Assembly: GCA_020632015.1 (NCBI GenBank)
Contig: JACKGI010000002.1
Coordinates: 91,121 to 155,120, forward strand
Direction: 5' to 3'
From: Candidatus Nomurabacteria bacterium
GTDB taxonomy: Bacteria; Patescibacteriota; Minisyncoccia; Phycocordibacterales; UBA918
DNA: 64,000 bases
The stretch's first letter is position 1, and each line of letters starts with the position of its first letter. The notes under the pieces are model-generated. The model did no database searches. It saw only the letters and a program-made list of their open reading frames with translations, and was not told where the DNA came from. A program made the position numbers and the translations under genes. Shown here piece by piece: positions 17,795 to 27,554 of the stretch.

Positions 17795-20272
17795 ATGAAC
17801 AAACGTTTTGACCACATTGAGATTGAGAAAAAATGGCAGAAAGTGTGGCAGGACAATGCCATCTACAATGTTGGCGACCGCAACCCAAGCAGAGAGAAAG
17901 AATACGTATTGGTGGAGTGGCCCTATCCGTCGGGCAATCTTCATATTGGTCATTGGTATGCATTTGCTGTGCCTGACATCTACGTACGATATCGGCGCAT
18001 GACCGGTAAGCAGGTGCTTTTTCCAATGGGCTTCGATGCATTTGGACTTCCGGCAGAAAATGCAGCTATCAAACGAAAAATTAACCCCAAAGAATGGACT
18101 GAAAGTAACATTGAGTACATGAAGGGTCAGATGGCGAGCATGGGAACCGCTTTCTCTTGGGACAAAACTACCTCTTCTACGGATGAAGATTACTACAAAT
18201 GGACTCAATGGATGTTCGGTGAGTTTTTCAAAAACGGAATTGCCTATCGTGGTGAAGGTGTAGTGAACTGGTGTCCAGGGTGCAACACAGTGATTGCTAA
18301 CGAGCAAGTTCAAAGCGATGACACCTGCGAGCGTTGTGACAGCAAAATTGAAAAGCGAAAAATGCCTCAATGGATGTTAAAGATTACAGATTTTGCTGAT
18401 GCTCTGATAGACGATTTGGAAAGTGTTGATTGGCCAGAACATATCAAAGAAGCTCAACGCAATTGGATAGGACGTTCCAGTGGTGCAAAAATAAACTTTA
18501 GCCTTTCTGTTGGAGAGGACGTGACTGTGTTTACAACCCGACCGGACACACTCTTTGGAGCAACCTACATGGTACTCGCACCAGAACACGAACTTGTACA
18601 AAAGCACAAAGACTCAATCACCAACTGGGAAGAAGTAGAAGCATACATTGACACAAGTAAGCAAAAAGCAGAACGTGACAGGCTGGACGCCACTAAAGAA
18701 AAGACTGGGGTGAAACTAGAAGGAATTACAGCCACTAATCCAGCTAACGGAGAGGAAATCCCTGTCTACATAGCAGATTATGTACTAGCTGGATATGGAA
18801 CAGGGGCAATCATGGCAGTGCCGGCACATGACGAGCGCGACTTCGCTTTCGCGAAAAAATTTGATATTAAAATTACTCCTGTAATTTACCCAGATCACAT
18901 AGGGGGCTGTGTCAAAAATTGGGCAACCGATAACAAGGTGAACATTAGTGACGACGACAAACTTCTCGCTCTTATTCAAGAGAAAATTATGTCCAAACAA
19001 ACATTCTACAAATACAGAGGACGGCTAATAAATTCAGCGGAGTTTGATGGACTTAGTATTTCAGAAGCTAAAGAAGCTATTGCTGAAAAAGTGGGAGGGG
19101 AAATGACTAACACCTATCGTTTACGTGATTGGTCTATTGGTCGACAACGATATTGGGGAGTGCCAATTCCAATTGTTTATTCTCCTGACGGAGAGGCTCA
19201 TCCAGTACCAAAAGAACATCTACCTTGGACTCTTCCAGAGGATGTAGACTTTACTCCGACCGGAGTGGCTCCCTTGGCGAAGTCAGAAGAACTAAAAAGA
19301 CGAACCATTGAGATTTTTGGAGAAGGTTGGACACCTGAAGTAGAAACTATGGACACATTCGTGGATTCTTCGTGGTACTTTCTTCGTTACTTAGATAACA
19401 AAAATGACGATGAGCTTGTAAGCAAAAAAGCCCAAGATGATTGGATGCAGGTAGATATGTATTTTGGTGGTGCAGAACATACAACCATGCACCTTCTTTA
19501 TTCACGCTTTTGGCAAAAAGCACTAAAAAAACTCGGCTTAGTGAATGATTCTGAGCCATACAAAAGGAGGATTAATCGAAGTCTTATCCTTGGCCCAGAT
19601 GGGAATAAGATGAGTAAGAGCAAAGGAAACGTCGTTGATCCAGACGAACAAGTAAAGCTTGTTGGTTCAGATACAGTAAAAATGTATCTGGCCTTCATGG
19701 GGCCGTATGGAGAAGCTGCGAACTATCCTTGGGACATGGGTGGGATTGCGGGACAAAGACGCTTCCTAGAGCGTGTATACGGCCTTGTGGACGATGTCTC
19801 AGGTGAAGAGCCAAAGGAAATTACTGTGCTTTTACATAAAACCATCAAAAAAGTCGGTGATGACATTAAAAACTTCAAGTTTAATACGGCCATTAGTACG
19901 ATGATGATTTTTGTTAATCAAGCAGAGAAAAGTGGGATTAGCCTCAATAGCTACAAAGTTTTTTTGAAAGTGCTTGCACCTTTTGCACCACACTTAACAG
20001 AACAAATTTGGGCTGACTTGGGCAACGGGGGAAGTATCCATACGGAAGAATTCCCAGCCTTTGATGAGAAAATGACAGAAGATGAACAAGTGACAATCGG
20101 AGTTCAAATTAATGGAAAGATGCGAGGGGAAATATCAATTAGCCCCAAAGCAGACGAATCAGAAGCGTTAAAACTAGTGGATGAAAACGATTCTTTACAA
20201 AGTAAAATCGATGGTGCTGAAATTAAAAAAGTGATTTATGTTCAAGGTCGAATTTTGAATCTTATTATTTAA
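17795..20272 (+). CDS. leuS: Leucine--tRNA ligase
   Basis: HIGH (NLHIGHWY), CP1 editing domain, KMSKS, 825 aa. Confidence 0.97.
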   Translation: MNKRFDHIEIEKKWQKVWQDNAIYNVGDRNPSREKEYVLVEWPYPSGNLHIGHWYAFAVPDIYVRYRRMTGKQVLFPMGFDAFGLPAENAAIKRKINPKEWTESNIEYMKGQMASMGTAFSWDKTTSSTDEDYYKWTQWMFGEFFKNGIAYRGEGVVNWCPGCNTVIANEQVQSDDTCERCDSKIEKRKMPQWMLKITDFADALIDDLESVDWPEHIKEAQRNWIGRSSGAKINFSLSVGEDVTVFTTRPDTLFGATYMVLAPEHELVQKHKDSITNWEEVEAYIDTSKQKAERDRLDATKEKTGVKLEGITATNPANGEEIPVYIADYVLAGYGTGAIMAVPAHDERDFAFAKKFDIKITPVIYPDHIGGCVKNWATDNKVNISDDDKLLALIQEKIMSKQTFYKYRGRLINSAEFDGLSISEAKEAIAEKVGGEMTNTYRLRDWSIGRQRYWGVPIPIVYSPDGEAHPVPKEHLPWTLPEDVDFTPTGVAPLAKSEELKRRTIEIFGEGWTPEVETMDTFVDSSWYFLRYLDNKNDDELVSKKAQDDWMQVDMYFGGAEHTTMHLLYSRFWQKALKKLGLVNDSEPYKRRINRSLILGPDGNKMSKSKGNVVDPDEQVKLVGSDTVKMYLAFMGPYGEAANYPWDMGGIAGQRRFLERVYGLVDDVSGEEPKEITVLLHKTIKKVGDDIKNFKFNTAISTMMIFVNQAEKSGISLNSYKVFLKVLAPFAPHLTEQIWADLGNGGSIHTEEFPAFDEKMTEDEQVTIGVQINGKMRGEISISPKADESEALKLVDENDSLQSKIDGAEIKKVIYVQGRILNLII

Positions 20273-20293
20273 GGCGCAAAATGATTACAAGTG

Positions 20294-20322
20294 TTGACCA
20301 ATATCCGCGAACATGTTATAAA
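20294..20322 (+). promoter_or_regulatory. Putative promoter
   Basis: TTGACC, 17-nt spacer, TGtTATAAA extended -10. Confidence 0.45.
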
Positions 20323-20375
20323 TTTGGCCACGCATTGGAGATTGAGCAATAGACAACCAACCTTCGAAAATTTAT

Positions 20376-21401
20376 ATGATTTCATTTAAACCAAAACAAA
20401 TTACTAAAACTCTTCTGGAAGTACTTCCAGAGCGAGCACGAGATGTGCTGGAGAAACGATATGGTCTCGGACCAGATGGTGAGTCATTCACACTTGAGGC
20501 TATCGGACAATCTTACGGTATTACTCGTGAGCGTGTTCGACAGATTGAAAACTACGGTATTCAGTCAATCCAAAAATCAGAAGTATACAAGAAGAACTAT
20601 GAGCTTTTCATCGAAATGCAAAAGCTTATCGACCAACTTGGCGGAGGAATAATTGCTGAGCACGTTTTACTTGACGAGCTAAGTAAAGACCCTGCCACTA
20701 GAAATCATCTATATTTCCTACTTGTTGTTGGTGATCCTTTCTACAAAAGCAAGGAAAACCCACAATACTCTCATCGTTGGTTCACTGAACGGCGAGTCGC
20801 GGAGAATGTTGAAAAGGCCCTTCGTAACGTCCACAAGGGACTGAATCGAGACGAACTTGTAAGTGAGTCAGAAATAATTTCACGATTCAAAACAGAGCTA
20901 GCTGAAATGGCTGAAGTTCACAACGAGGAAGTTCTAAAGAAGTGGTTAGAGATTTCAAAGCAAATTGGTAAGAATCCGCTAGGTGATTGGGGACCAGCCG
21001 ACAGTCCGAATATCAGAGTTAAAGGTATTCGAGATTATGCTTACCTAGCGGTAAAGCGCCATGGTTCACCTATGCACTTCCGAGAAGTAGCCAAGACTAT
21101 TAACGAATTGTTTGACCATAAGGCACACGTAGCCACAACACACAATGAACTCATCAAGGATGCACGATTTGTACTAGTGGGCCGTGGTCTGTATGCGCTA
21201 ACAGAATGGGGTTACACTGCCGGAGTAGTTAAGGATGTCCTTAGGGAAATCCTAGCAAACGAAGGCCCGCTTTCACGCGAAGAACTTATCGACAAGGTTC
21301 GAAAGGAACGATACGTGAAGGACAATACGATTCTGGTCAATCTCCAAGACACAAATCTATTTAAGAAACTTTCAAACGGAACATACGCATTAGCTGAGTA
21401 A
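20376..21401 (+). CDS. DNA-binding protein: N-terminal sigma-70 region-4-like HTH plus C-terminal HARE-HTH-like domain
   Basis: RARDVLEKRYGL..FTLEAIGQSYGITRERVRQIENYGI (sigma region 4); YLAVKRHGSPMHFREVA...DARFVLVGRGLYALTEWGY (HARE-HTH pattern, as in the RNAP delta N-terminus). Confidence 0.65.
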   Translation: MISFKPKQITKTLLEVLPERARDVLEKRYGLGPDGESFTLEAIGQSYGITRERVRQIENYGIQSIQKSEVYKKNYELFIEMQKLIDQLGGGIIAEHVLLDELSKDPATRNHLYFLLVVGDPFYKSKENPQYSHRWFTERRVAENVEKALRNVHKGLNRDELVSESEIISRFKTELAEMAEVHNEEVLKKWLEISKQIGKNPLGDWGPADSPNIRVKGIRDYAYLAVKRHGSPMHFREVAKTINELFDHKAHVATTHNELIKDARFVLVGRGLYALTEWGYTAGVVKDVLREILANEGPLSREELIDKVRKERYVKDNTILVNLQDTNLFKKLSNGTYALAE

Positions 21402-21410
21402 CGTTCTCAA

Positions 21411-21449
21411 AAAATAGCCGTCTGGACATTTGTCCAGACGGCTATTTTT
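21411..21449 (+). terminator. Rho-independent terminator
   Basis: About 14-bp stem ATAGCCGTCTGGAC/GTCCAGACGGCTAT followed by TTTTT. Confidence 0.7.
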
Positions 21450-21469
21450 ATAGTGTACAATATATCTAC

Positions 21470-22792
21470 ATGGGACCTCAGATTAGATCCATCATTGCGG
21501 GCTTTGCTCCACTTTTTTTAATGCTAGTTGGTTTTGCAATGATGTTTTTCATGTTCAGAACTCTCGATGTCAACATTAAACCGATTCTAACTGTTGTCAT
21601 TGCACTGTCTCCAATTTGGCTTCCTCTGGCTGTTTTTCACGTAACTTTCGAGCAGTGGATGTGGTCAGTGCAAGCAAAGTTCTCATACGAGAACGGACGT
21701 ACCACCTTGCGCATTAAGCTACCGCAAGAAGTTCTTAAATCTCCAGAAGCAATGGAAAGTGTCTTAACCATAATGCACAACATCAATAGTCGAGACAACT
21801 TGATGCAAACATACCTTGACGGTAAGCATCCACTTGTTTCTAGTCTCGAGTTAGCGTCAATCGGTGGAGACGTCAGATTCTATGCCAATGTCCCAACTAA
21901 AAAAATCAAAAATACTTTAGAGGCACAGTTGTATGCACAATATCCTGGGATTGAAGTAGTGGAAGAAAAAATTGATTACACAGCAGAAATAAAGTGGGAC
22001 CCTGAAAAGTGGGACATGATTTCTTTCCATATGGGCAAAAAGGATGAAAGTGTTCTACCTATAAAAACTTATATTGATTTTGGTTTGGACAAACAACCAA
22101 AAGAAGAGCTGAAGTTTGAGCCAATGTCACCAATGATAGAACACTTAGGCAAAACCAAACCACACGAGAGACTTTGGATACAATTTTTACTTACTCCTCA
22201 TGGTAAGTTTGGCTTCAAAGAAGGTTATTTGACCCCTCAACCAACATGGGAAAAACGAGCTGCAGAAAAAGTAAACGAACTTATGGGTAGAGACTCGAGT
22301 CATCGCGGTCCAGAAGAGACTGATAGCCGTCCTGTACTCACAGCAAGTGAAAGAGATACTATTGCTGCAATTGAGAGAAATGTAAGTAAATACGCCTATT
22401 CAGTTGCTATCAGAGCTATCTACATAACAGAAAACGGGAAGTTTGACCCTGACATGATTAGTCCACTGCTTCGCTCTTTTGCGCAGTACGACATGATTGG
22501 CAGAAACGGTATCGGTGCAAGGTGGAGAACTGACTTTGATTATATGTTTTTCCAAGATATAACTGGTCAACGAAAACTTATGGCTAAGAAACGTGAACTT
22601 GAGTACTACAAATCTAGATACTATCTGTATGACGATAAGAAAGGTGGGGCAGACAAAGAAAAAATAATGTCAGTTGAAGAGATCGCTACTTTGTGGCATA
22701 TTCCTGGTTCTTCTGTTGTGACACCAAACCTATCCCGTGTTGAATCAGTTCGAAAGGAAGCTCCAGCAAACCTTCCAGTTGGTGAATTCTAG
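21470..22792 (+). CDS. Hypothetical membrane-anchored protein (440 aa)
   Basis: Two N-terminal TM segments then a soluble domain; no motif I can name with confidence. Confidence 0.55.
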   Translation: MGPQIRSIIAGFAPLFLMLVGFAMMFFMFRTLDVNIKPILTVVIALSPIWLPLAVFHVTFEQWMWSVQAKFSYENGRTTLRIKLPQEVLKSPEAMESVLTIMHNINSRDNLMQTYLDGKHPLVSSLELASIGGDVRFYANVPTKKIKNTLEAQLYAQYPGIEVVEEKIDYTAEIKWDPEKWDMISFHMGKKDESVLPIKTYIDFGLDKQPKEELKFEPMSPMIEHLGKTKPHERLWIQFLLTPHGKFGFKEGYLTPQPTWEKRAAEKVNELMGRDSSHRGPEETDSRPVLTASERDTIAAIERNVSKYAYSVAIRAIYITENGKFDPDMISPLLRSFAQYDMIGRNGIGARWRTDFDYMFFQDITGQRKLMAKKRELEYYKSRYYLYDDKKGGADKEKIMSVEEIATLWHIPGSSVVTPNLSRVESVRKEAPANLPVGEF

Positions 22793-22795
22793 AAT

Positions 22796-23836
22796 ATGTC
22801 AGAACCAATAAATCAGTTTTCTCCGAGCGAAGAATTTATACCTAACACATCACCTCCTAAAAAGAGATACCTTTTGAAACTATTTTTAGGTTTTTTTGTG
22901 TTTTTTGTTATAGCTGTTATATGTCTATATGCTTATGTCAAAAATCTTAACCAGCCAAGTTTAGACTTTCCAAGTAATCAGCCGATAACTATCGAACAAG
23001 GCACGGACATACGACAGATAACACAAATCCTAGAATCGTTTGGGATAGTTAAGTCAAAACATCTTTTGTATTACACCCTTGTCTTTTTCTATGACCCAAC
23101 CCAGATTAAAGCTAGTACATATGTATTTGAGGAACCAATCACTACAAAAGAAGTAGCCAAGAGGCTAGCTGAAGGTGATTTTGATACTGATCTTATACGG
23201 TTTACTCACTTTGAAGGTGAAAGATTTACGCTCCTAGCCAAAAGAGCAGAAGCTGTCTTACCTGAATTTTCTAGTGAGGAGTTCATCAAAGAAGCTACGG
23301 AAAGGGGGTTAGAAGGGAGACTGTATCCTGAGACATATTTTGTACCCGAGACGTTTGATGAAATAGATTTACTTAATCTTCTAACTCAAACCTTTGACGA
23401 AGAAATATCAAACCTGCAAGACGAGATAAATAGCCACGCGCTTACGTTGGAAGAAATTTTAGTTTTAGCATCAATCATTGAAAGGGAGGCAAATTCACCA
23501 GACTCTATGAAACTAGTTTCTAGCGTGTTGCAGAATAGATTAGAAATCGGCATGGCACTCCAAGCAGACGCCTCTATTGAGTACGTGCTAGACAAACCTC
23601 TTAAAGAACTAACACCCGAGGATTTAAAAATCGATTCACCGTACAACACATATCTGTACACAGGACTTCCTCCAACTCCGATAGGTAATCCCGGACTAGA
23701 TGCGATAATGGCAGTATTGCAACCAGCTGAATCTGAGTACTTTTATTACATAACTGATGAGGAAGGGGAGTTCCATTACGCAAAAACATACCAACAACAC
23801 TTATCAAATATCGAGAAATACTTACGTTACCAATAG
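22796..23836 (+). CDS. mltG: Endolytic murein transglycosylase MltG (YceG-like)
   Basis: N-terminal TM; IIEREA, LQADASIEY, PYNTYLYTGLPPTPIGNPG. Confidence 0.9.
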   Translation: MSEPINQFSPSEEFIPNTSPPKKRYLLKLFLGFFVFFVIAVICLYAYVKNLNQPSLDFPSNQPITIEQGTDIRQITQILESFGIVKSKHLLYYTLVFFYDPTQIKASTYVFEEPITTKEVAKRLAEGDFDTDLIRFTHFEGERFTLLAKRAEAVLPEFSSEEFIKEATERGLEGRLYPETYFVPETFDEIDLLNLLTQTFDEEISNLQDEINSHALTLEEILVLASIIEREANSPDSMKLVSSVLQNRLEIGMALQADASIEYVLDKPLKELTPEDLKIDSPYNTYLYTGLPPTPIGNPGLDAIMAVLQPAESEYFYYITDEEGEFHYAKTYQQHLSNIEKYLRYQ

Positions 23837-23857
23837 CTTTGTGATAGCTTAATTATC

Positions 23858-24919
23858 ATGAACGAACGACAAACAGTTTTTGTAGGACTATCTGGAGGAG
23901 TGGACTCATCGGTTGCTGCTGCTCGTCTAATTGAACAAGGCTACGACGTAGTTGGTGTTTTTATAAAAGTTTGGCACCCAGACTTCATGGTGTGCAACTG
24001 GGAACAAGAAAGGCTGGACGCTATGCGGGTAGCTGCACACTTAGAAATACCATTCCTAACCTGCGATGCCGAAGCAGAATACCGCGATGAAGTGGCAAAA
24101 TATTTCATAGAAGAATACAAAGCAGGTCGAACACCGAATCCAGATGTTATGTGCAACAAACAAGTTAAGTTTGGTGCATTTCTACGTTTCGCCAAGGAGC
24201 ACAAGGCTGACTTTATTGCCACGGGTCACTATGCACAAAGAATAGAAGACAACAATAGAGTAGAAATGCACCGTGGTGTAGACGAAGGGAAGGATCAAAC
24301 CTACTTCCTATGGACCCTTAGCAACGAACAGCTAGAATATTCTTTATTCCCAGTTGGAGATACACCGAAAGACAAAATACGTGATGAAGCAACGAGACTA
24401 GGTGTTCCTACAGCAACCAAAAAAGATAGTCAGGGAATTTGTTTTCTTGGTCATGTAGATATTCCTGAATTCCTGTCTCACTATATCGACCTAAAAGTTG
24501 GAGATGTTCTTAATCAAGATGGTCAAGTAATCGGCAAGCATAAAGGAGCCTTGGTCTACACAATAGGACAACGTCATGGATTTACCTTACACACAAAAGA
24601 CACTAACCGCGGAGCAATGTACGTAGTCGATCGTGACATCGACAAAAACACGATTACAGTTAGCTCAACTAAACCAGAAACTAACTCTTCTGATGTTATT
24701 CAAATTTCGAACCTAGTCTTACGTGACGTTTTGAAAAAAGGAGATGTAATAGAAGCGCAGTTTAGATATAGACAAGCACCTTTTAAAATAGAAGTTTTAG
24801 AGGTGGAAAATTCTTCCTTAGAAATAAAAACAACTGAGCCAGTGGAGATTCCTGCTCTTGGTCAATCCTGTGTATTGTACAGAGGCACTCATTGTATTGG
24901 AGGTGGTATCATTAGCTAA
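23858..24919 (+). CDS. mnmA: tRNA 2-thiouridine(34) synthase MnmA
   Basis: PP-loop GLSGGVDSS, NPDVMCN, ATGHYA, KDQTYFL. Confidence 0.95.
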   Translation: MNERQTVFVGLSGGVDSSVAAARLIEQGYDVVGVFIKVWHPDFMVCNWEQERLDAMRVAAHLEIPFLTCDAEAEYRDEVAKYFIEEYKAGRTPNPDVMCNKQVKFGAFLRFAKEHKADFIATGHYAQRIEDNNRVEMHRGVDEGKDQTYFLWTLSNEQLEYSLFPVGDTPKDKIRDEATRLGVPTATKKDSQGICFLGHVDIPEFLSHYIDLKVGDVLNQDGQVIGKHKGALVYTIGQRHGFTLHTKDTNRGAMYVVDRDIDKNTITVSSTKPETNSSDVIQISNLVLRDVLKKGDVIEAQFRYRQAPFKIEVLEVENSSLEIKTTEPVEIPALGQSCVLYRGTHCIGGGIIS

Positions 24920-25752
24920 TGGCAATAACTATTACCAAAGCCGATGGTTCGGTTGAGTTCTTTAAGATTGAAAAACTTAGGCGATCGCTTCGTAGGGCGG
25001 GGGCGAGTGCCGATGAAATCAACGACATCGTCGGTGAAGTCAGCAAAACTCTTTATGACGGGGTACAGACACAAGAAATATACCGACACGCTTTTGCGCT
25101 ACTTCGAGACAGCCGACCTCCGGCCGCAGCGAGATATTCTCTAAGGCGAGCCCTTTTTAACCTAGGACCAACTGGCTTTCCTTTTGAAAAATTCTTAGCC
25201 CGTTTGTTTCAAATTGACGGCTATTCAACCAAGACAGGTATAACAATCAATGGAAAATGCGCACCTCATGAAATTGATCTAGCAGCATACAAAGAAAGTC
25301 ATAGTTTTGTTGGTGAGGCCAAGTTTCATTCTAGACCCGGTGTAAAATCAGATTTGCAAGTAGCAATGTACTCCTACGCTCGTCTTCTCGATCTAAAGGA
25401 AGCTAAGGTCTGTGCAGATGACGTTTGTGGCATAAGGGAGTTTTGGCTAATCACAAATACAAAATTCACCAGTACGGCGCAACACTACGGTAATTGTGTT
25501 GGTCTCAAAATGCTTAGTTGGGACTTTCCGAAAAATAACAATCTACACGACAGGATTCAGAGAGCTGGAGTGTATCCAGTGACGGTTTTACAAAATTTAA
25601 ATTCTGCACAAGCAGAAACCTTAATCGCAAGAGATATTATTCTCTGTCGAGACATCATTGAACATGAGTCAATTTTGCGACATTTACATCTACCAAAAAG
25701 GAAACATGAGGCCCTGCTTCAGGAAGTCCGCTCTCTATGTGGTTCTGAATAG
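24919..25752 (+). CDS. ATP-cone domain protein with restriction-endonuclease-like (Mrr-type) C-terminal domain
   Basis: N-terminus ITKADGSVEFFKIEKLRRSLRRAG.. (ATP-cone); C-terminus HEIDLAAY...VGEAKF (D..ExK nuclease-fold motif); TAATG overlap with mnmA. Confidence 0.65.
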   Translation: MAITITKADGSVEFFKIEKLRRSLRRAGASADEINDIVGEVSKTLYDGVQTQEIYRHAFALLRDSRPPAAARYSLRRALFNLGPTGFPFEKFLARLFQIDGYSTKTGITINGKCAPHEIDLAAYKESHSFVGEAKFHSRPGVKSDLQVAMYSYARLLDLKEAKVCADDVCGIREFWLITNTKFTSTAQHYGNCVGLKMLSWDFPKNNNLHDRIQRAGVYPVTVLQNLNSAQAETLIARDIILCRDIIEHESILRHLHLPKRKHEALLQEVRSLCGSE

Positions 25753-25848
25753 CATTCAAAATGGCAATTCTGTCAATGTTACAGGGTTTTTTGCCTTGTG
25801 CTATACTCCCAGTATTACTTAATTACAGCAAATCATTAAACTTTTTGT

Positions 25849-26394
25849 ATGGCAGAAGAAAAACAAGACGGACAGAAGACATTAGTTGCCTTCGTAGTCG
25901 GACTCCTTATCGGCGGAATGTTAGTTTGGGCTTTTTCTGGTCCTAGTGCTACTGCACCAGAATCAGTCACAGAAACAGACGAAACTGAAGAATCAGTTGA
26001 AGCAGAAGACAAAACTACATCAACAGATAGCGATGAAGAAACCGAAGAGCAAGTTGAAGTTGAAATGCCGAAGTTAGAAGTTGGAGATGGTTCAGTAACC
26101 GTAGAGGATCAAGAAGCATCTGCTTTTGTGAAACTTGAAAGTGCTACATATCCTGTAAGCGAAGGTTGGATTGGTGTTCGTGAATATAACGATGAAAAGC
26201 TTGGTTATATTCTTGGTGTTGTTCGATTTAGTGAATCACACGGAATTGTCCCATCAGAAATCGTACTACAACGATCAACAACTCCTGGAAAGAGATACGC
26301 TGTGGTTATCTTTACTGAAGACGGAGATTATGACTTCAACCTAGCTGGTGACGTTCAAATCGACAAGATTTTCGACACCTTCGTTGCTCAATAA
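25849..26394 (+). CDS. Membrane-anchored acidic protein, unknown function
   Basis: One N-terminal TM, D/E/T-rich linker, about 100-aa beta-rich C-terminal domain. Confidence 0.5.
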   Translation: MAEEKQDGQKTLVAFVVGLLIGGMLVWAFSGPSATAPESVTETDETEESVEAEDKTTSTDSDEETEEQVEVEMPKLEVGDGSVTVEDQEASAFVKLESATYPVSEGWIGVREYNDEKLGYILGVVRFSESHGIVPSEIVLQRSTTPGKRYAVVIFTEDGDYDFNLAGDVQIDKIFDTFVAQ

Positions 26395-26410
26395 CATTTA
26401 CATTTGTTGC

Positions 26411-26437
26411 AAAAACCGGCTTGAGCCGGTTTTTTTG
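26411..26437 (+). terminator. Rho-independent terminator
   Basis: AAAAA-CCGGC-TTGA-GCCGG-TTTTTTT. Confidence 0.7.
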
Positions 26438-26466
26438 TATTAAGTTGTCGATGGTATACTAACAAA

Positions 26467-27252
26467 ATGGCAGAATATACATACAAATACAATCCGAACC
26501 GAAGTGCAGAGTGGAATTACAAAGGTCCAAAATGGAAATTATCACGGTCTAAAATTGATTTTTTCTTTGAATGTCCAAGATGTTTTTATCTTGATAACGT
26601 TCTTGGTACCAAGAGACCTGGCTTTCCTAGTTTTAATCTTAATATAGCTGTAGACGAATTATTCAAGAACGAATTTGATAAATATAGAAAGGAGCAGAAA
26701 CCTCATCCAATTATGCTTGAATATAAGGTTGAGGCCGTTCCTTTTGAACACAAAGAGATGGATACATGGCGCGACCCATTTGTTGGTATCGTACACAAGC
26801 ACGAACCCACAGGATTAGTGGTCAGTGGTGGAGTTGATGATATTTGGGTAACTCCTGACAACAAATTAATAATTGTTGACTACAAGTCCACATCAAAGGA
26901 AGGAAAGATTGATAAGCTTGGCGACAGTCCTTGGGAGAAGCAATACACTAGACAATTAGGCGTCTATAGGTGGCTATTGGAACAAAATGGTTTTGAGGTT
27001 GAAGCTACAGGGTATCTAGTCTATGCAAATGCTGACAAAGCACTACCCAGCTTTGATAACAAACTAATTTTTGAAACCACACTGGTTCCCGTTGAAGCGG
27101 ATGTAAGTTGGATAGATGACACATTAACTCAGATTAAAGATTGTTTGGATCAGAAAGACTTACCACCATGCGGAGAAAAATGTGAATTTTGTCCTTATCG
27201 AGAAGCTGCAGGTAAAAAACTTCAAGCAATTCACTTTGCTAATAAAAAATAA
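26467..27252 (+). CDS. PD-(D/E)XK nuclease family protein (Cas4/RecB-like, Cys cluster)
   Basis: N-terminal FFFECPRCFYL, core VDDIW..IVDYKSTSK, C-terminal CGEKCEFCPY (four-Cys pattern typical of Fe-S Cas4-like nucleases). Confidence 0.7.
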   Translation: MAEYTYKYNPNRSAEWNYKGPKWKLSRSKIDFFFECPRCFYLDNVLGTKRPGFPSFNLNIAVDELFKNEFDKYRKEQKPHPIMLEYKVEAVPFEHKEMDTWRDPFVGIVHKHEPTGLVVSGGVDDIWVTPDNKLIIVDYKSTSKEGKIDKLGDSPWEKQYTRQLGVYRWLLEQNGFEVEATGYLVYANADKALPSFDNKLIFETTLVPVEADVSWIDDTLTQIKDCLDQKDLPPCGEKCEFCPYREAAGKKLQAIHFANKK

Positions 27253-27278
27253 CTGATCATCCTTTATTTCTGATAGGT

Positions 27279-27536
27279 ATGAGTGAATTTACAACAAAAG
27301 TGAAAGATGTTGTTAGAAAAATACCTAAAGGAAAGACAATGTCTTATAAAGAAGTGGCAATCGCTTCAGGCTATCCAAAATCATCTAGAGCAGTAGCCAA
27401 TATTATGGCGAAAAATTTCGACTCTGATATACCATGTCATCGAGTTATAAGAAGTGACGGTGGACTCGGAGGTTACAACCGTGGTGGAGAATCCGCAAAA
27501 AAGATAATATTGCAATCAGAAGGTGCTATATTATAG
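27279..27536 (+). CDS. MGMT-family DNA-binding domain protein (minimal O6-alkylguanine transferase-like)
   Basis: 85 aa; SYKEVA..., active-site-like IPCHRVIRSDGGLGGY. Confidence 0.8.
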   Translation: MSEFTTKVKDVVRKIPKGKTMSYKEVAIASGYPKSSRAVANIMAKNFDSDIPCHRVIRSDGGLGGYNRGGESAKKIILQSEGAIL

Positions 27537-27554
27537 ATATATTCATCAATTGTT

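Noticed and set aside
17768-18370. 200-aa ORF on the minus strand (with 17781..18041 and others)
   Set aside because: It is entirely antisense to the clearly recognisable leuS gene, has low-complexity composition and no RBS. This is a typical shadow ORF. The same reasoning applies to 3320..3904 (inside ddl), 36465..36884 (inside rpsK), 42021..42386 (dnaK/dnaJ), 35751..36346, 9371..9799 and similar antisense ORFs.
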